A DNA stretch of 62,238 nucleotides from a virus. Lineage: Duplodnaviria > Caudoviricetes. The notes beneath the pieces are model-generated. The model was not told the DNA's origin, searched no databases, and worked only from the letters and a program-made list of their open reading frames with translations. The position numbers were made by a program, and so were the translations under genes. Shown here in pieces: positions 47,329 to 55,725 of this stretch. Position 1 is the stretch's first letter. Each line of letters starts with the position of its first letter. The DNA lies in the IMG/VR virus record IMGVR_UViG_3300038300_000076, positions 1 through 62,238 of that record; one strand, 5' to 3'.

Positions 47329-47707
47329 TTAATGCTGAGAAATAAGCTGCACTGAAATACTTAAACAATCCAGCAGGAAGAACTAAACTCTTTCTCTTTA
47401 CATCACTTGCTAACTTCGCAGCAGTTAGGAATTGAATCGGGAATGAAGTTAGCTGAATGAGCGCTTCCATTTTGAAACTCAATGGACTACCAACAAACTT
47501 TCCCTTCAACGCTCTCTTCTTAATCACAAGAAGCTCAACATTCTGCTCTTTTAAATACGTAGTGATGTCTTTACTAAAATCAACTAAACTCTGCTTCAAC
47601 TCATGATCAGCAAACTCAATCTTTGTTGTTGAAACTACTTCCTCACTTCCATTAAGAACAACAAGACTTGCTCCCTTACTATCTAAATCTATTCCGCAAA
47701 CTATCAT
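47303..47707 (-). CDS. DUF3010-like (RNase H-fold) protein
   Basis: VCGIDL, IK.R..KGKF.G...SFKMEALIQL, LFKY. Confidence 0.75.
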   Translation of the reverse strand: MIVCGIDLDSKGASLVVLNGSEEVVSTTKIEFADHELKQSLVDFSKDITTYLKEQNVELLVIKKRALKGKFVGSPLSFKMEALIQLTSFPIQFLTAAKLASDVKRKSLVLPAGLFKYFSAAYFSALIGSRSESN

Positions 47708-48345
47708 TTCTCTACCTCTATTATAACTGGATCATTGTATGGTTTATATTTTAAAGTACAAATACTGGCGTTGATAAATGTTGTATCTTCATTCTGATAC
47801 ATTCCATACCCTTCGTGAATATGTCCTGACACATGAAGTAATGGCTTTATTTCTTCAATCTTTTTCAGAAGAGCCTCACAACCAGCTTCTTCACCACGAC
47901 CCGTCATTCCCCCGTAACCATGAGCAGGGCCATGAGTAATTAATATATCTGTATCTTCAGGAATAACTTCCCACTTCTTATGAATAACCATTCTCGGAAC
48001 ATTGAAAGCCCATCCGAAAAACCAAGGCTGCCACGGACTTCCGTAAATCTTAAACCCATCGATCTCAACCGAATCGTCCATTAGGTAAGTACAGTTTGTC
48101 AACAGAGATTCCGCCTTTTGGGGATCGCTCTCAAAAAGCTTATCATGATTTCCAGCTATAACTATAATATCCTTATACTTTCCTTTAAGAGTGCCAAGCC
48201 AAGTATTAAACTTTCTAATCTCATACTCTTCCCCGACACTACAGAAATCTCCCGCATGAATTAACACGTCGGCATCTGGCATAATATGTATTCTATTGTG
48301 CAACATGTGCGTATCGGAAATACAGCAAATTTTCAATTTAGCCAT
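47704..48345 (-). CDS. calcineurin-like metallophosphoesterase
   Basis: ISDTH, HAGD, GNHD, THGP, GHIHE; start reset to MAKLK. Confidence 0.92.
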   Translation of the reverse strand: MAKLKICCISDTHMLHNRIHIMPDADVLIHAGDFCSVGEEYEIRKFNTWLGTLKGKYKDIIVIAGNHDKLFESDPQKAESLLTNCTYLMDDSVEIDGFKIYGSPWQPWFFGWAFNVPRMVIHKKWEVIPEDTDILITHGPAHGYGGMTGRGEEAGCEALLKKIEEIKPLLHVSGHIHEGYGMYQNEDTTFINASICTLKYKPYNDPVIIEVEK

Positions 48346-48536
48346 TACCCTCTCTCTCTTCTCTTTAACTTCTCTGGATATTGAGTACATCCAATCTCTC
48401 CGCCGTCTTCATGCTTAAACTCAATCAGAAACATAAATCCATCATAAAAAATATTAACCACTTCAACAGGAAATCTTTTCTCTGTTCCAAATTCAACGTA
48501 GTCAAACTTTTGACCAATGCTTATCTCATATTTCAT
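48345..48536 (-). CDS. hypothetical protein
   Basis: ORF track. Confidence 0.6.
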   Translation of the reverse strand: MKYEISIGQKFDYVEFGTEKRFPVEVVNIFYDGFMFLIEFKHEDGGEIGCTQYPEKLKRRERG

Positions 48537-48685
48537 TCTTATCTCTTTCTTCTAAAGCAATACACTGCTTAATTATAGATCTTATCTTTTTTTCAACTTC
48601 TAGTGAGTATTCGCCATTAAAAGAGAAACAACCCTCTTTTCTTACCAACTCTACGTAAGAATTTATTGTCTTATGCAATCTTATA

Positions 48686-48934
48686 TCAGCTTTCATCTTC
48701 TACAACTATATCAACTTCATTCTCAGTCTCAATCCAAACCCTTGCACCACAGCTTAATGGCTTGTCTGGACTGTAAATTACTTTTGCAACTACATTTCCC
48801 TGTGCATCCTTAATCAAGGCCTGATGAGCATAACGATTATCTTTGTAAGTTTTTACCGTCAACACAGGCTCTTTAGACCCTTCTTTGAGATTCCTGCGAA
48901 TCACATGCTGATTAACGTGAATTTTTGTTTTCAT
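48686..48934 (-). CDS. conserved phage hypothetical protein
   Basis: IHVNQH.I..N...YSPDKPLSCGARVWIET. Confidence 0.8.
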   Translation of the reverse strand: MKTKIHVNQHVIRRNLKEGSKEPVLTVKTYKDNRYAHQALIKDAQGNVVAKVIYSPDKPLSCGARVWIETENEVDIVVEDES

Positions 48935-48955
48935 TATGCTTCTCCTAATTTTATT

Positions 48956-49519
48956 TTATTTAACTATTGCTAGAATTTCAGCTTTGTTTATCTCGTCTAT
49001 ACGTAAATTAACATACGCAACTATATGCCTTGGCTTAGCAAGTTTACCAAGCCCAGAATCCCCACAAGCCAGAATCCCACACTGAGTTTCTAATATATCC
49101 CATCCATCTTCTGGCAACTTCTTTAAACTTCTTTGCATTGGATTAGATTCAAGCATGTTCGTGTTCATTGCTGGCGCTATTATCTTAATTCCTCTAAATG
49201 CTAAAGCCATTGCCGTTAAAACATTGTCAGCAATTCCATGATGAACTTTAGCAATGGTGTTAGCCGTGGCGGGCGCTATAAGAAATATATCTGCCCAGTG
49301 TGCTTTAGTGATATGCATTACTTCTCCCTTCGCTTCATCATCAAAAGAAGATAACACTTCCCTCTTTGACAATATTGCCAATGGCATTTCCGGTATAAAC
49401 TTCTTAGCATCATCAGTCATAACCACTTGAACTTCATGCCCCGTCGCAACAAGCCCACTAACAATGTCGCAAGCCTTATAAGCACTTATGCTTCCCGTAA
49501 CCCCAAGCAAGATATTCAC
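48956..49519 (-). CDS. coaC: phosphopantothenoylcysteine decarboxylase
   Basis: GVTGSISAYK, HI, APATANTIAK, PAMNTNM, LACGD.G.G. Confidence 0.9.
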   Translation of the reverse strand: MNILLGVTGSISAYKACDIVSGLVATGHEVQVVMTDDAKKFIPEMPLAILSKREVLSSFDDEAKGEVMHITKAHWADIFLIAPATANTIAKVHHGIADNVLTAMALAFRGIKIIAPAMNTNMLESNPMQRSLKKLPEDGWDILETQCGILACGDSGLGKLAKPRHIVAYVNLRIDEINKAEILAIVK

Positions 49520-50187
49520 TAACTTAATTCCATTTTTGACACAATAGCTTCACGCAAGTTATTTGGTAGAAAATTCCTTTTCACACTCTCACAGGTATCC
49601 TCGCCACAAATGTAAGCTCTTTCACGTGCCCATTCAAGGCAGTTTGCAACAATAAAATCCGCATTACTCTGTTTACGTGACCTGTGAGCTATTTCTATAA
49701 GCTCTTTGTCCGTAATGTCAACTTGAAGCTTAAACTTCACCAGAGTGCCTTTAAATCCCCACAGGCCGAGGTTATCTACTATTTTCTCAGTCGGAACAAG
49801 CTTTAAAAATAATTCTTTATGACTTGAACTAATTTTTGATCTCGAATCGACTTCAATCAAATTACTGTCAAATGTTCCTACTGGCTTGTAATCTGAAACA
49901 GCAGCGCTGTGAATGATTACATCATAATCACCAGAAGCACATTCTTCTTTCATTCTATTATAAAGTTCGTCGTATGTCTTGTATGCATCGTAATGACAAC
50001 GACTTCTTCCCATTGCAGTGAAATTTAAACCATACTCACTACTTGAGGTAAGAAGCGTTACATCATCACCACTAGAAACAAAATGATTTGCAATATCAAA
50101 CCCTGTTCTGCCTCCAAAGATATTGGATATCTTACGAACTTTGTCTATCATTGTGGCAGTATTTCCACTTGTAATTAATACTTTCAT
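49519..50187 (-). CDS. coaB: phosphopantothenate--cysteine ligase
   Basis: LITSG.T...ID.VR.I.N...G..G, HSAAVSDY, KISS, FKL, VAN. Confidence 0.88.
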   Translation of the reverse strand: MKVLITSGNTATMIDKVRKISNIFGGRTGFDIANHFVSSGDDVTLLTSSSEYGLNFTAMGRSRCHYDAYKTYDELYNRMKEECASGDYDVIIHSAAVSDYKPVGTFDSNLIEVDSRSKISSSHKELFLKLVPTEKIVDNLGLWGFKGTLVKFKLQVDITDKELIEIAHRSRKQSNADFIVANCLEWARERAYICGEDTCESVKRNFLPNNLREAIVSKMELS

Positions 50188-50257
50188 GCCAATCCTCTTT
50201 CTCTACTATACTCTTGTTGCGATTTATATTTTCTTTTTTCTATTACTTTTAACTTTA

Positions 50258-50539
50258 TTATTTCTCTGGATATATTGGCCGCTTACTTGAATCTTGGTTT
50301 TCATTTTGAATTATCCCTATCATCAATTTCTTCTTTCCAACCATCAGACATCCCTCTTTATGAATTCCCCACTTATGAGCCAAATAAGCACTGACTTCAA
50401 GCCTACTCGGATCATCCAAAATTCTATCAAAAACTATAGCTTCCTTCAATTCTCCCAGTTCTTTCACCGGATTATTCCCATCGACGTCATCAACATTACA
50501 AGAATTATCACAGTTAAGATGAATGCCCAAACACTCCAC
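50258..50539 (-). CDS. hypothetical protein (EGCLMVGKK)
   Basis: ORF track; start uncertain. Confidence 0.55.
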   Translation of the reverse strand: MECLGIHLNCDNSCNVDDVDGNNPVKELGELKEAIVFDRILDDPSRLEVSAYLAHKWGIHKEGCLMVGKKKLMIGIIQNENQDSSKRPIYPEK

Positions 50540-50721
50540 GAAAGAACGCCCACCGCAATTGATATTACGAGAATCGTGTTCATCGCCCCTTCATTTATAT
50601 CATTCCTCCTACCCATGAAAAACTCCTATTAGCTATTTCTACGCTGAAACATTGAAAAAAAAATTTCGACCTCGCGGCGGATCAATTAGGAGCAATCGCG
50701 CAGCAAAACTTCTATTAAAAC

Positions 50722-51408
50722 TCATACTATTACTTTATAAACTCGCTGATCAATTTCCCCCAAAACATCCCGCCTTGCTCTTGCTTTAGCTTTGTTTCCT
50801 GCTGATGATTCATAAACCCTATCCCAGCCACCCTTGTTAGACCAGCCCATAAGCTTATTTATCTTAGGCCAAAGATTGTTAGTTTCAAAATGTCTTTCAA
50901 TTTCCGCTGACTGCTGTTCTAAATCAGAATCAAATACTCTGACTTTATATGCATAATGCTTATCTATCTTAGGTACAAAATAGTAATCATGAATAAATCT
51001 ATATTTCCAACAACTGTTTTTATAATCATAAACTTCCGAAAAGTGCTTTTGTTGATTAGTTGGAAGTTTATTAAATTGTTTTTTGTTTAAAGCCTTAAGC
51101 TTATGACTAATTGGTACTTTCTTTTTAGTACTCCACTCCTTTCTTAAAAAATCTTTATTCTTACAGGTCGCAAAATCATTTATAGATTTTAATATTCCCT
51201 CAAATACATTGGCATCTTTTCGCCTAGATATATCATCTCGCAATACAAACTGTTTAATATAGCCCAAATAAACAGGCTTATCTAAATCGAGCCATCCTAG
51301 ATTGTTTATAGCCTTGTCAATAGATTTATATTTTTGATACAAACGGCGCAATTCCCGATCATCGTCTTCATGCTTATCGCGCTTACCATATCTTTTTGAC
51401 TGTGCCAT
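50722..51408 (-). CDS. basic hypothetical protein
   Basis: ORF track 50722-51483; probable start MAQSK. Confidence 0.7.
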   Translation of the reverse strand: MAQSKRYGKRDKHEDDDRELRRLYQKYKSIDKAINNLGWLDLDKPVYLGYIKQFVLRDDISRRKDANVFEGILKSINDFATCKNKDFLRKEWSTKKKVPISHKLKALNKKQFNKLPTNQQKHFSEVYDYKNSCWKYRFIHDYYFVPKIDKHYAYKVRVFDSDLEQQSAEIERHFETNNLWPKINKLMGWSNKGGWDRVYESSAGNKAKARARRDVLGEIDQRVYKVIV

Positions 51409-51440
51409 ATTCAGTTCCTTCTTCAACCTATAACAAAATT

Positions 51441-52112
51441 CTACTCTTCTTCTTTTCTTCTCATAACTACTCTTTGCATACACTGAGCATAACCAGCCAT
51501 GTCAACTAGATTATCTCTTTTATGCTTATGCACTTGCCTTGAAGCCTTAACCATGATCATACACATAATTGCATCTTCCGCAGTCAAACTCTCTTTAAGC
51601 TTGTCTGCAAGGATTGTATTCCACAATGCTGATGTTCTAGTGTAATCATCCATTGGATGGCTATAAGATGCCTGTCTGTTGCCGTAAACAAGACTATTCG
51701 CCTCAATCAATACATCTTCAACATCATAATCATCCGAAGTTATATCTTCAACGGTTACAATCCAAGCATTCTCATCTACAATTTTTAATATTCTCATACC
51801 TAAAGATTTAGCAACATGAAGTTCAAGAAGACATCCTTTTGAACTCTGCCATCCATCAATAAGAACTACAGCTTCACACTCAAGCATCATCTTCAATGCA
51901 AGTTTTAAATAATCTTTCCATTCATATCCTTCAATATGGCCAGGTTTGGCAGGATTCTCAAATGTCACAACATCTGGGTCAAACTTTCCTTCAAATTCAT
52001 TGAAAGCATCAAAATTACTATTCTCTATTCCACTCATTGGGCCGCTTATATAAATCTTCCCAGTTATCCCATCAGGCTTTACATTTAGACTTTTGTATTT
52101 ACTCATACCCAC
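51441..52112 (-). CDS. DUF4406 + DUF6378-like fusion
   Basis: IYISGPMSG...NPA...GWQSSKG..LE; G.RQ..Y.HP......A.LW...K..R......DN.VD.AGY. Confidence 0.8.
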   Translation of the reverse strand: MGMSKYKSLNVKPDGITGKIYISGPMSGIENSNFDAFNEFEGKFDPDVVTFENPAKPGHIEGYEWKDYLKLALKMMLECEAVVLIDGWQSSKGCLLELHVAKSLGMRILKIVDENAWIVTVEDITSDDYDVEDVLIEANSLVYGNRQASYSHPMDDYTRTSALWNTILADKLKESLTAEDAIMCMIMVKASRQVHKHKRDNLVDMAGYAQCMQRVVMRRKEEE

Positions 52113-52477
52113 AAACTCCTGTAGTATTTCATCAATTCACGATAAGTATCTTCAATTTTAACATCTTCATCAAAACTTGCATACGTCTCAAAGGATTTAA
52201 CCATGCCTTTTAAAGCTTCCTCAAGATCCTCAGTGTTGGCATGCATTGTCTTTTTATATTCAATTAGGTCAACAAGACGAGTTGCAAAGAAATCAGCCGC
52301 ATCGCAATCTAATGAAAACAGTCTGCCACTTTCCAAATCAATATTTTCTAAATTGTCGTATGAGATATATTCCTCGTCTTTTTCAAATACGAATTTGGAT
52401 TCCTCAACATTGTAACCAACGTACTGAATGTTTTCTCCCTCAGACTTATACCAATAATACTCTTTTAACATTTTCAT
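52103..52477 (-). CDS. hypothetical protein
   Basis: ORF track. Confidence 0.65.
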   Translation of the reverse strand: MKMLKEYYWYKSEGENIQYVGYNVEESKFVFEKDEEYISYDNLENIDLESGRLFSLDCDAADFFATRLVDLIEYKKTMHANTEDLEEALKGMVKSFETYASFDEDVKIEDTYRELMKYYRSLWV

Positions 52478-52505
52478 ACTTTTCTCTCCTTGGAAATTAT
52501 TTGAC

Positions 52506-52955
52506 TTACAAAACGTATACTTTTACTTCAATGTCTCCAAAAACATCATTTATCATTCCTTCAACTTTTCCCCAGTTACCACCTGCCAAACCACAGCCAA
52601 TCTTTGGAAGAGCTAAAGTGTAATCATTCTCAACAACAAACTCTTTTAACTTCTCAAGACAAATATCCAGAGCATCATAATCAAGAGGCTTAGTGTGCCT
52701 GCTGTAATCATATTGAGTATAGCAGTTTGCCACTACTTTAATTTTCTTACTATCTACATTTACAAAATCCACTTCGCCAAGCTTATGTTTTGTAGTGTAT
52801 CCACCCATAAATGTATTATCAGCAGCTCTTACTCTTGAAAACTTCTTTGTAATTACTTTAGCTATGCCTGACTTCATTGTACATTTGCAATTACAACCAT
52901 GAGCTATTACTTCGCAATTCGTTTTAAGCAAATCGCCTTTTATATATGTAATCAT
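52506..52955 (-). CDS. macrodomain (ADP-ribose binding/hydrolase) protein
   Basis: GDLL, IAHGCNC...M.SGIA, N.YTQ, LPKIGCGLAGG.W. Confidence 0.9.
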   Translation of the reverse strand: MITYIKGDLLKTNCEVIAHGCNCKCTMKSGIAKVITKKFSRVRAADNTFMGGYTTKHKLGEVDFVNVDSKKIKVVANCYTQYDYSRHTKPLDYDALDICLEKLKEFVVENDYTLALPKIGCGLAGGNWGKVEGMINDVFGDIEVKVYVL

Positions 52956-53155
52956 TTCACTTCCTCTTTAAATCCTATAAACAAACAATATTTTCTTTGC
53001 TTTATCTTTTTATCAAACCTCTTATTTACATAACAGCATATCCTGCCCTCAACCCATGAATGTGGACTGCCGCCAAGCTCAACAAGTCTCCAATATCCCC
53101 AATTGATTGATGTATCCCAACATAAAGTTGGATAATCTTTTGACTCTTTAAGCAA
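52952..53155 (-). CDS. small hypothetical protein (C-terminal YCLFIGFKEE)
   Basis: ORF track. Confidence 0.6.
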   Translation of the reverse strand: MLKESKDYPTLCWDTSINWGYWRLVELGGSPHSWVEGRICCYVNKRFDKKIKQRKYCLFIGFKEEVK

Positions 53156-53176
53156 TATACTTATTCCTTCTTAAAA

Positions 53177-53538
53177 TGGTGCGTGAGGAAGGATTTGAAC
53201 CTCCGACTTATTTGACCTACTCGCAAGGTACTTTGACTAGTATTTCCACTTACTCTTCACTCAAATAAACTCTCATAGAATACTGATCTTCGACTATATT
53301 ACAAGTATTTACTTACAGTACTATCTTTATTCTTCTTCTTGTAAGAACAATACTTTAAGATAGATACATACATCATTCTCTATAATTAGATGTCATGCCT
53401 CCTAAAGTATTTCTTGTAATATTTTTTAACGTCTTCTCATTATCATTATAAAAAGATCATCTATGTCTCTTTCCCCATACAGCACGTCTTGCAAGACCGT
53501 TCTGCGTAAGGATTAAGCCCAAACTGAGTTACTCACGC
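53177..53538 (-). ncRNA. giant tRNA-like RNA (362 nt) with expanded D-loop and anticodon arm
   Basis: Acceptor GCGUGAG/CUCACGC + A + encoded CCA; U8A9; D-stem ACUC/GAGU enclosing 253 nt; UUAUUUGA/UCAAAUAA enclosing 45 nt; T-arm GGAGG-UUCAAAU-CCUUC. Confidence 0.8.
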
Positions 53539-53548
53539 ATAAATTAAC

Positions 53549-53821
53549 TTATTTCTCTATTGACACTGTCATTAAATACTCATTTCTATGGTTACTCTCA
53601 TCTACCACATATCCAGATTTCTTTAATTCTTTTACAACAGCTGGACTTATAGATGAATAAATGTGAAAAGTTTTTTTCTCTTCCCTTATCATTGTCTCAA
53701 TGGCCTCGGCTACCAAAATTCTCTCCAGATCTGCCCTGTCATTCTTTGCTTCTGATACTTCCTTGCTCGCTTGAGCTGCTGACTTAAACATATCACTTCC
53801 CTCCGTTTCTTTCAAGTTCAA
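53549..53821 (-). CDS. hypothetical protein
   Basis: ORF track; true start probably MFKSA. Confidence 0.65.
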   Translation of the reverse strand: MNLKETEGSDMFKSAAQASKEVSEAKNDRADLERILVAEAIETMIREEKKTFHIYSSISPAVVKELKKSGYVVDESNHRNEYLMTVSIEK

Positions 53822-54146
53822 ACTTATACATTCTAGCCTTTAAATTTCTACTTTCTTTCAATATCTTCTCGTTTCTTTCTTTTGTAGAATTATTTTCCTC
53901 TACAACCTTCTGGAAATTAATCACCAAGCCATTATACCTTTTAATAAGATTTCCATTAACCAATTTAAGGTTTTCGCAATTCTTCTGAAGAACTTCCAAT
54001 CGACTCTTTAAAATAATTATTTCTTTCTTATCCGCAGGGTCAACAACGACCTCCCTCTTAACTTCCACCACTCTCTCAACAACAGGCTTATTTGCTGTTG
54101 TGCATGATGTCAGTATGAATAAAAACAGTAATGACAAACACCTCAT
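53793..54146 (-). CDS. putative lipoprotein, coiled coil
   Basis: LTSC lipobox; AAGGAG SD. Confidence 0.7.
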   Translation of the reverse strand: MRCLSLLFLFILTSCTTANKPVVERVVEVKREVVVDPADKKEIIILKSRLEVLQKNCENLKLVNGNLIKRYNGLVINFQKVVEENNSTKERNEKILKESRNLKARMYKFELERNGGK

Positions 54147-54162
54147 ATTGATCTCCTTTAAT

Positions 54163-54774
54163 TTAAATAACTTTACCCTTTACCCATTTGCTTATATCTG
54201 GCTCAGTAAAGTTCACACCGTACTTCTTCTCAACCACTCCAACCAACCAACAAACAGCTTTGTTAATCCTTTTAATATGTACTTCCTCCAACTCATCACA
54301 TCTGTCAAGATAAGCTCTTACCAAAGGATGAGCCTGAAGTGCATACTGAGCAGCGTAATCTTCCTTACCCTCAGTGCTCAAGTAATCCTGTACATTGCAA
54401 CATCTGTCAGCAATCTTAATGGAAATCGATTCCAATGACTTTCCGCTAAAGGACTCAAGAAATTCATACTTCTGGAGCTTACTTACGTCATCTCCTCCTT
54501 CTCTTGTGCATTCTAACACATATTTGGCCACTTCTACGCCAAACTGTCCCTTAATCGTCTCTACGGTTACTTCACAGTCTTCAATGACATCGTGCAACAA
54601 AGCAGCAATAAGCATTGCCTCGTCATCTATTCCAAACTCTGATACTGCCTTCATAACTTCAAAACAATGACTTACATAAGGTATCTTCTTCCAAGGCTCT
54701 TCCTCAGTTCCCTTTCTAAACTGCCCAGCATGGCTCTTCACTGCAAATTCTATTGCTCTTTGTATGTTGCTCAT
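54163..54774 (-). CDS. HD-domain (p)ppGpp hydrolase-like (Mesh1/small alarmone hydrolase family)
   Basis: A..FA...HAGQ.RK...PY..H...V, AALLHDVIED, IKIADR..N. Confidence 0.85.
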   Translation of the reverse strand: MSNIQRAIEFAVKSHAGQFRKGTEEEPWKKIPYVSHCFEVMKAVSEFGIDDEAMLIAALLHDVIEDCEVTVETIKGQFGVEVAKYVLECTREGGDDVSKLQKYEFLESFSGKSLESISIKIADRCCNVQDYLSTEGKEDYAAQYALQAHPLVRAYLDRCDELEEVHIKRINKAVCWLVGVVEKKYGVNFTEPDISKWVKGKVI

Positions 54775-54775
54775 A

Positions 54776-55249
54776 TTATCTATCCTTAATTATATGTTTT
54801 TTTAAAATTTCCAAAGGTGTAGAATGTTCATGGTTATCAACCAATATTGAACATGTTGACTTATAAACTTTAGATATAAAATCCATTGTATCTTCGCATG
54901 AAACCACTTTATCATTTTTACCAAGTATAAACATCATGCTTGGCCTATTTACACTATCTTTAATTCCCCAAGAATCAATATCCTTAGAGTGAGCCAATGC
55001 CGGATTTAACAGCGTTGCATTGATATTATTATTTATTGATAAGTAATATGCAAGAAATCCGCCTAAGGAACTTCCCATAACCTCATCTATATTTTCTTCT
55101 TCTATCAACCTCTGCAGTTTTGAATAGCATTCCGAACGATTATCATAATCTATTTTTGGAGCAACAACATTATATATCGTTTTAAGATATTCTATTTTTT
55201 CTCCAGAGTTTCTTCCTCTTAATCCATGCAAATACAAAAGTTTTTTCAT
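54776..55249 (-). CDS. YqiA/YcfP-like alpha/beta hydrolase
   Basis: YLHG, GSSLGG, NPAL, D.VV, H. Confidence 0.85.
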   Translation of the reverse strand: MKKLLYLHGLRGRNSGEKIEYLKTIYNVVAPKIDYDNRSECYSKLQRLIEEENIDEVMGSSLGGFLAYYLSINNNINATLLNPALAHSKDIDSWGIKDSVNRPSMMFILGKNDKVVSCEDTMDFISKVYKSTCSILVDNHEHSTPLEILKKHIIKDR

Positions 55250-55596
55250 ACTTCGTTCTTTGCTCCTATCTTTAACGAACTCACTGGCTGCTTTATTCCA
55301 ATTCTTAGCACGTATTGTTCATCCTTTCTATTTTCAATATAACACTCTATCTCGCTGCCAATATAATCCCAAGTAATTCCATACTCAGGAGTATACTCAT
55401 TACGAATAACATCTAAAATCTCTTCTGCCTCTGTCTCATTTACTATAATGTCATTATCTGCCGCACATAACAATATATCATCTGCATGCCAAATGTCCAC
55501 AAGGATATGAGATAATAATTTATCAATAACTTCTTTTGCCTTTTCACCGTCAACAATCAAGTCTCCTAAAGCATCTAAGATATCGTCTCTAAACAT
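55246..55596 (-). CDS. hypothetical protein
   Basis: W..DD...A..IL.......GITW..I; C-terminal LRIGIK/LKIGAK. Confidence 0.7.
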   Translation of the reverse strand: MFRDDILDALGDLIVDGEKAKEVIDKLLSHILVDIWHADDILLCAADNDIIVNETEAEEILDVIRNEYTPEYGITWDYIGSEIECYIENRKDEQYVLRIGIKQPVSSLKIGAKNEV

Positions 55597-55653
55597 TTCA
55601 CACTCTCATATTTTTCGTTCATTCATCTTTCAAGAACCCAACTATACCTCCAT

Positions 55654-55700
55654 AAAAAAAGCATATAACAATCATTATTTTGACTATTATATGCTTTTTT
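55654..55700 (-). terminator. intrinsic terminator
   Basis: AGCATATAA/TTATATGCT stem with A/T runs. Confidence 0.6.
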
Positions 55701-55725
55701 CTATGAATTCTTATTATTTTATATA

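Noticed and set aside
50655-50712. GC-rich intergenic stretch with CGCG repeats
   Set aside because: It folds as an imperfect hairpin followed by a T-run on the minus strand; most simply a terminator.
3476-53155. Frequent KEE/KE/GD/EV at extreme C-termini as a separate signal
   Set aside because: Largely explained by AAGGAG/GAGG Shine-Dalgarno sequences of overlapping downstream genes; only the upstream hydrophobic core is claimed as a motif.
53299-53376. 25-codon ORF (MMYVSILK...) and AGGAGG inside the giant RNA
   Set aside because: SD spacing is wrong and the segment is engaged in predicted helices; no support for translation.
53273-53525. Group I intron or BHB intron as explanation of the giant tRNA insert
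   Set aside because: Only faint R/S-like words (AGAGACAUAG, AAUAUAGUCG), no convincing P3/P7 core, no BHB motif, and no canonical anticodon loop recoverable by excision. Not fully excluded without cmsearch.
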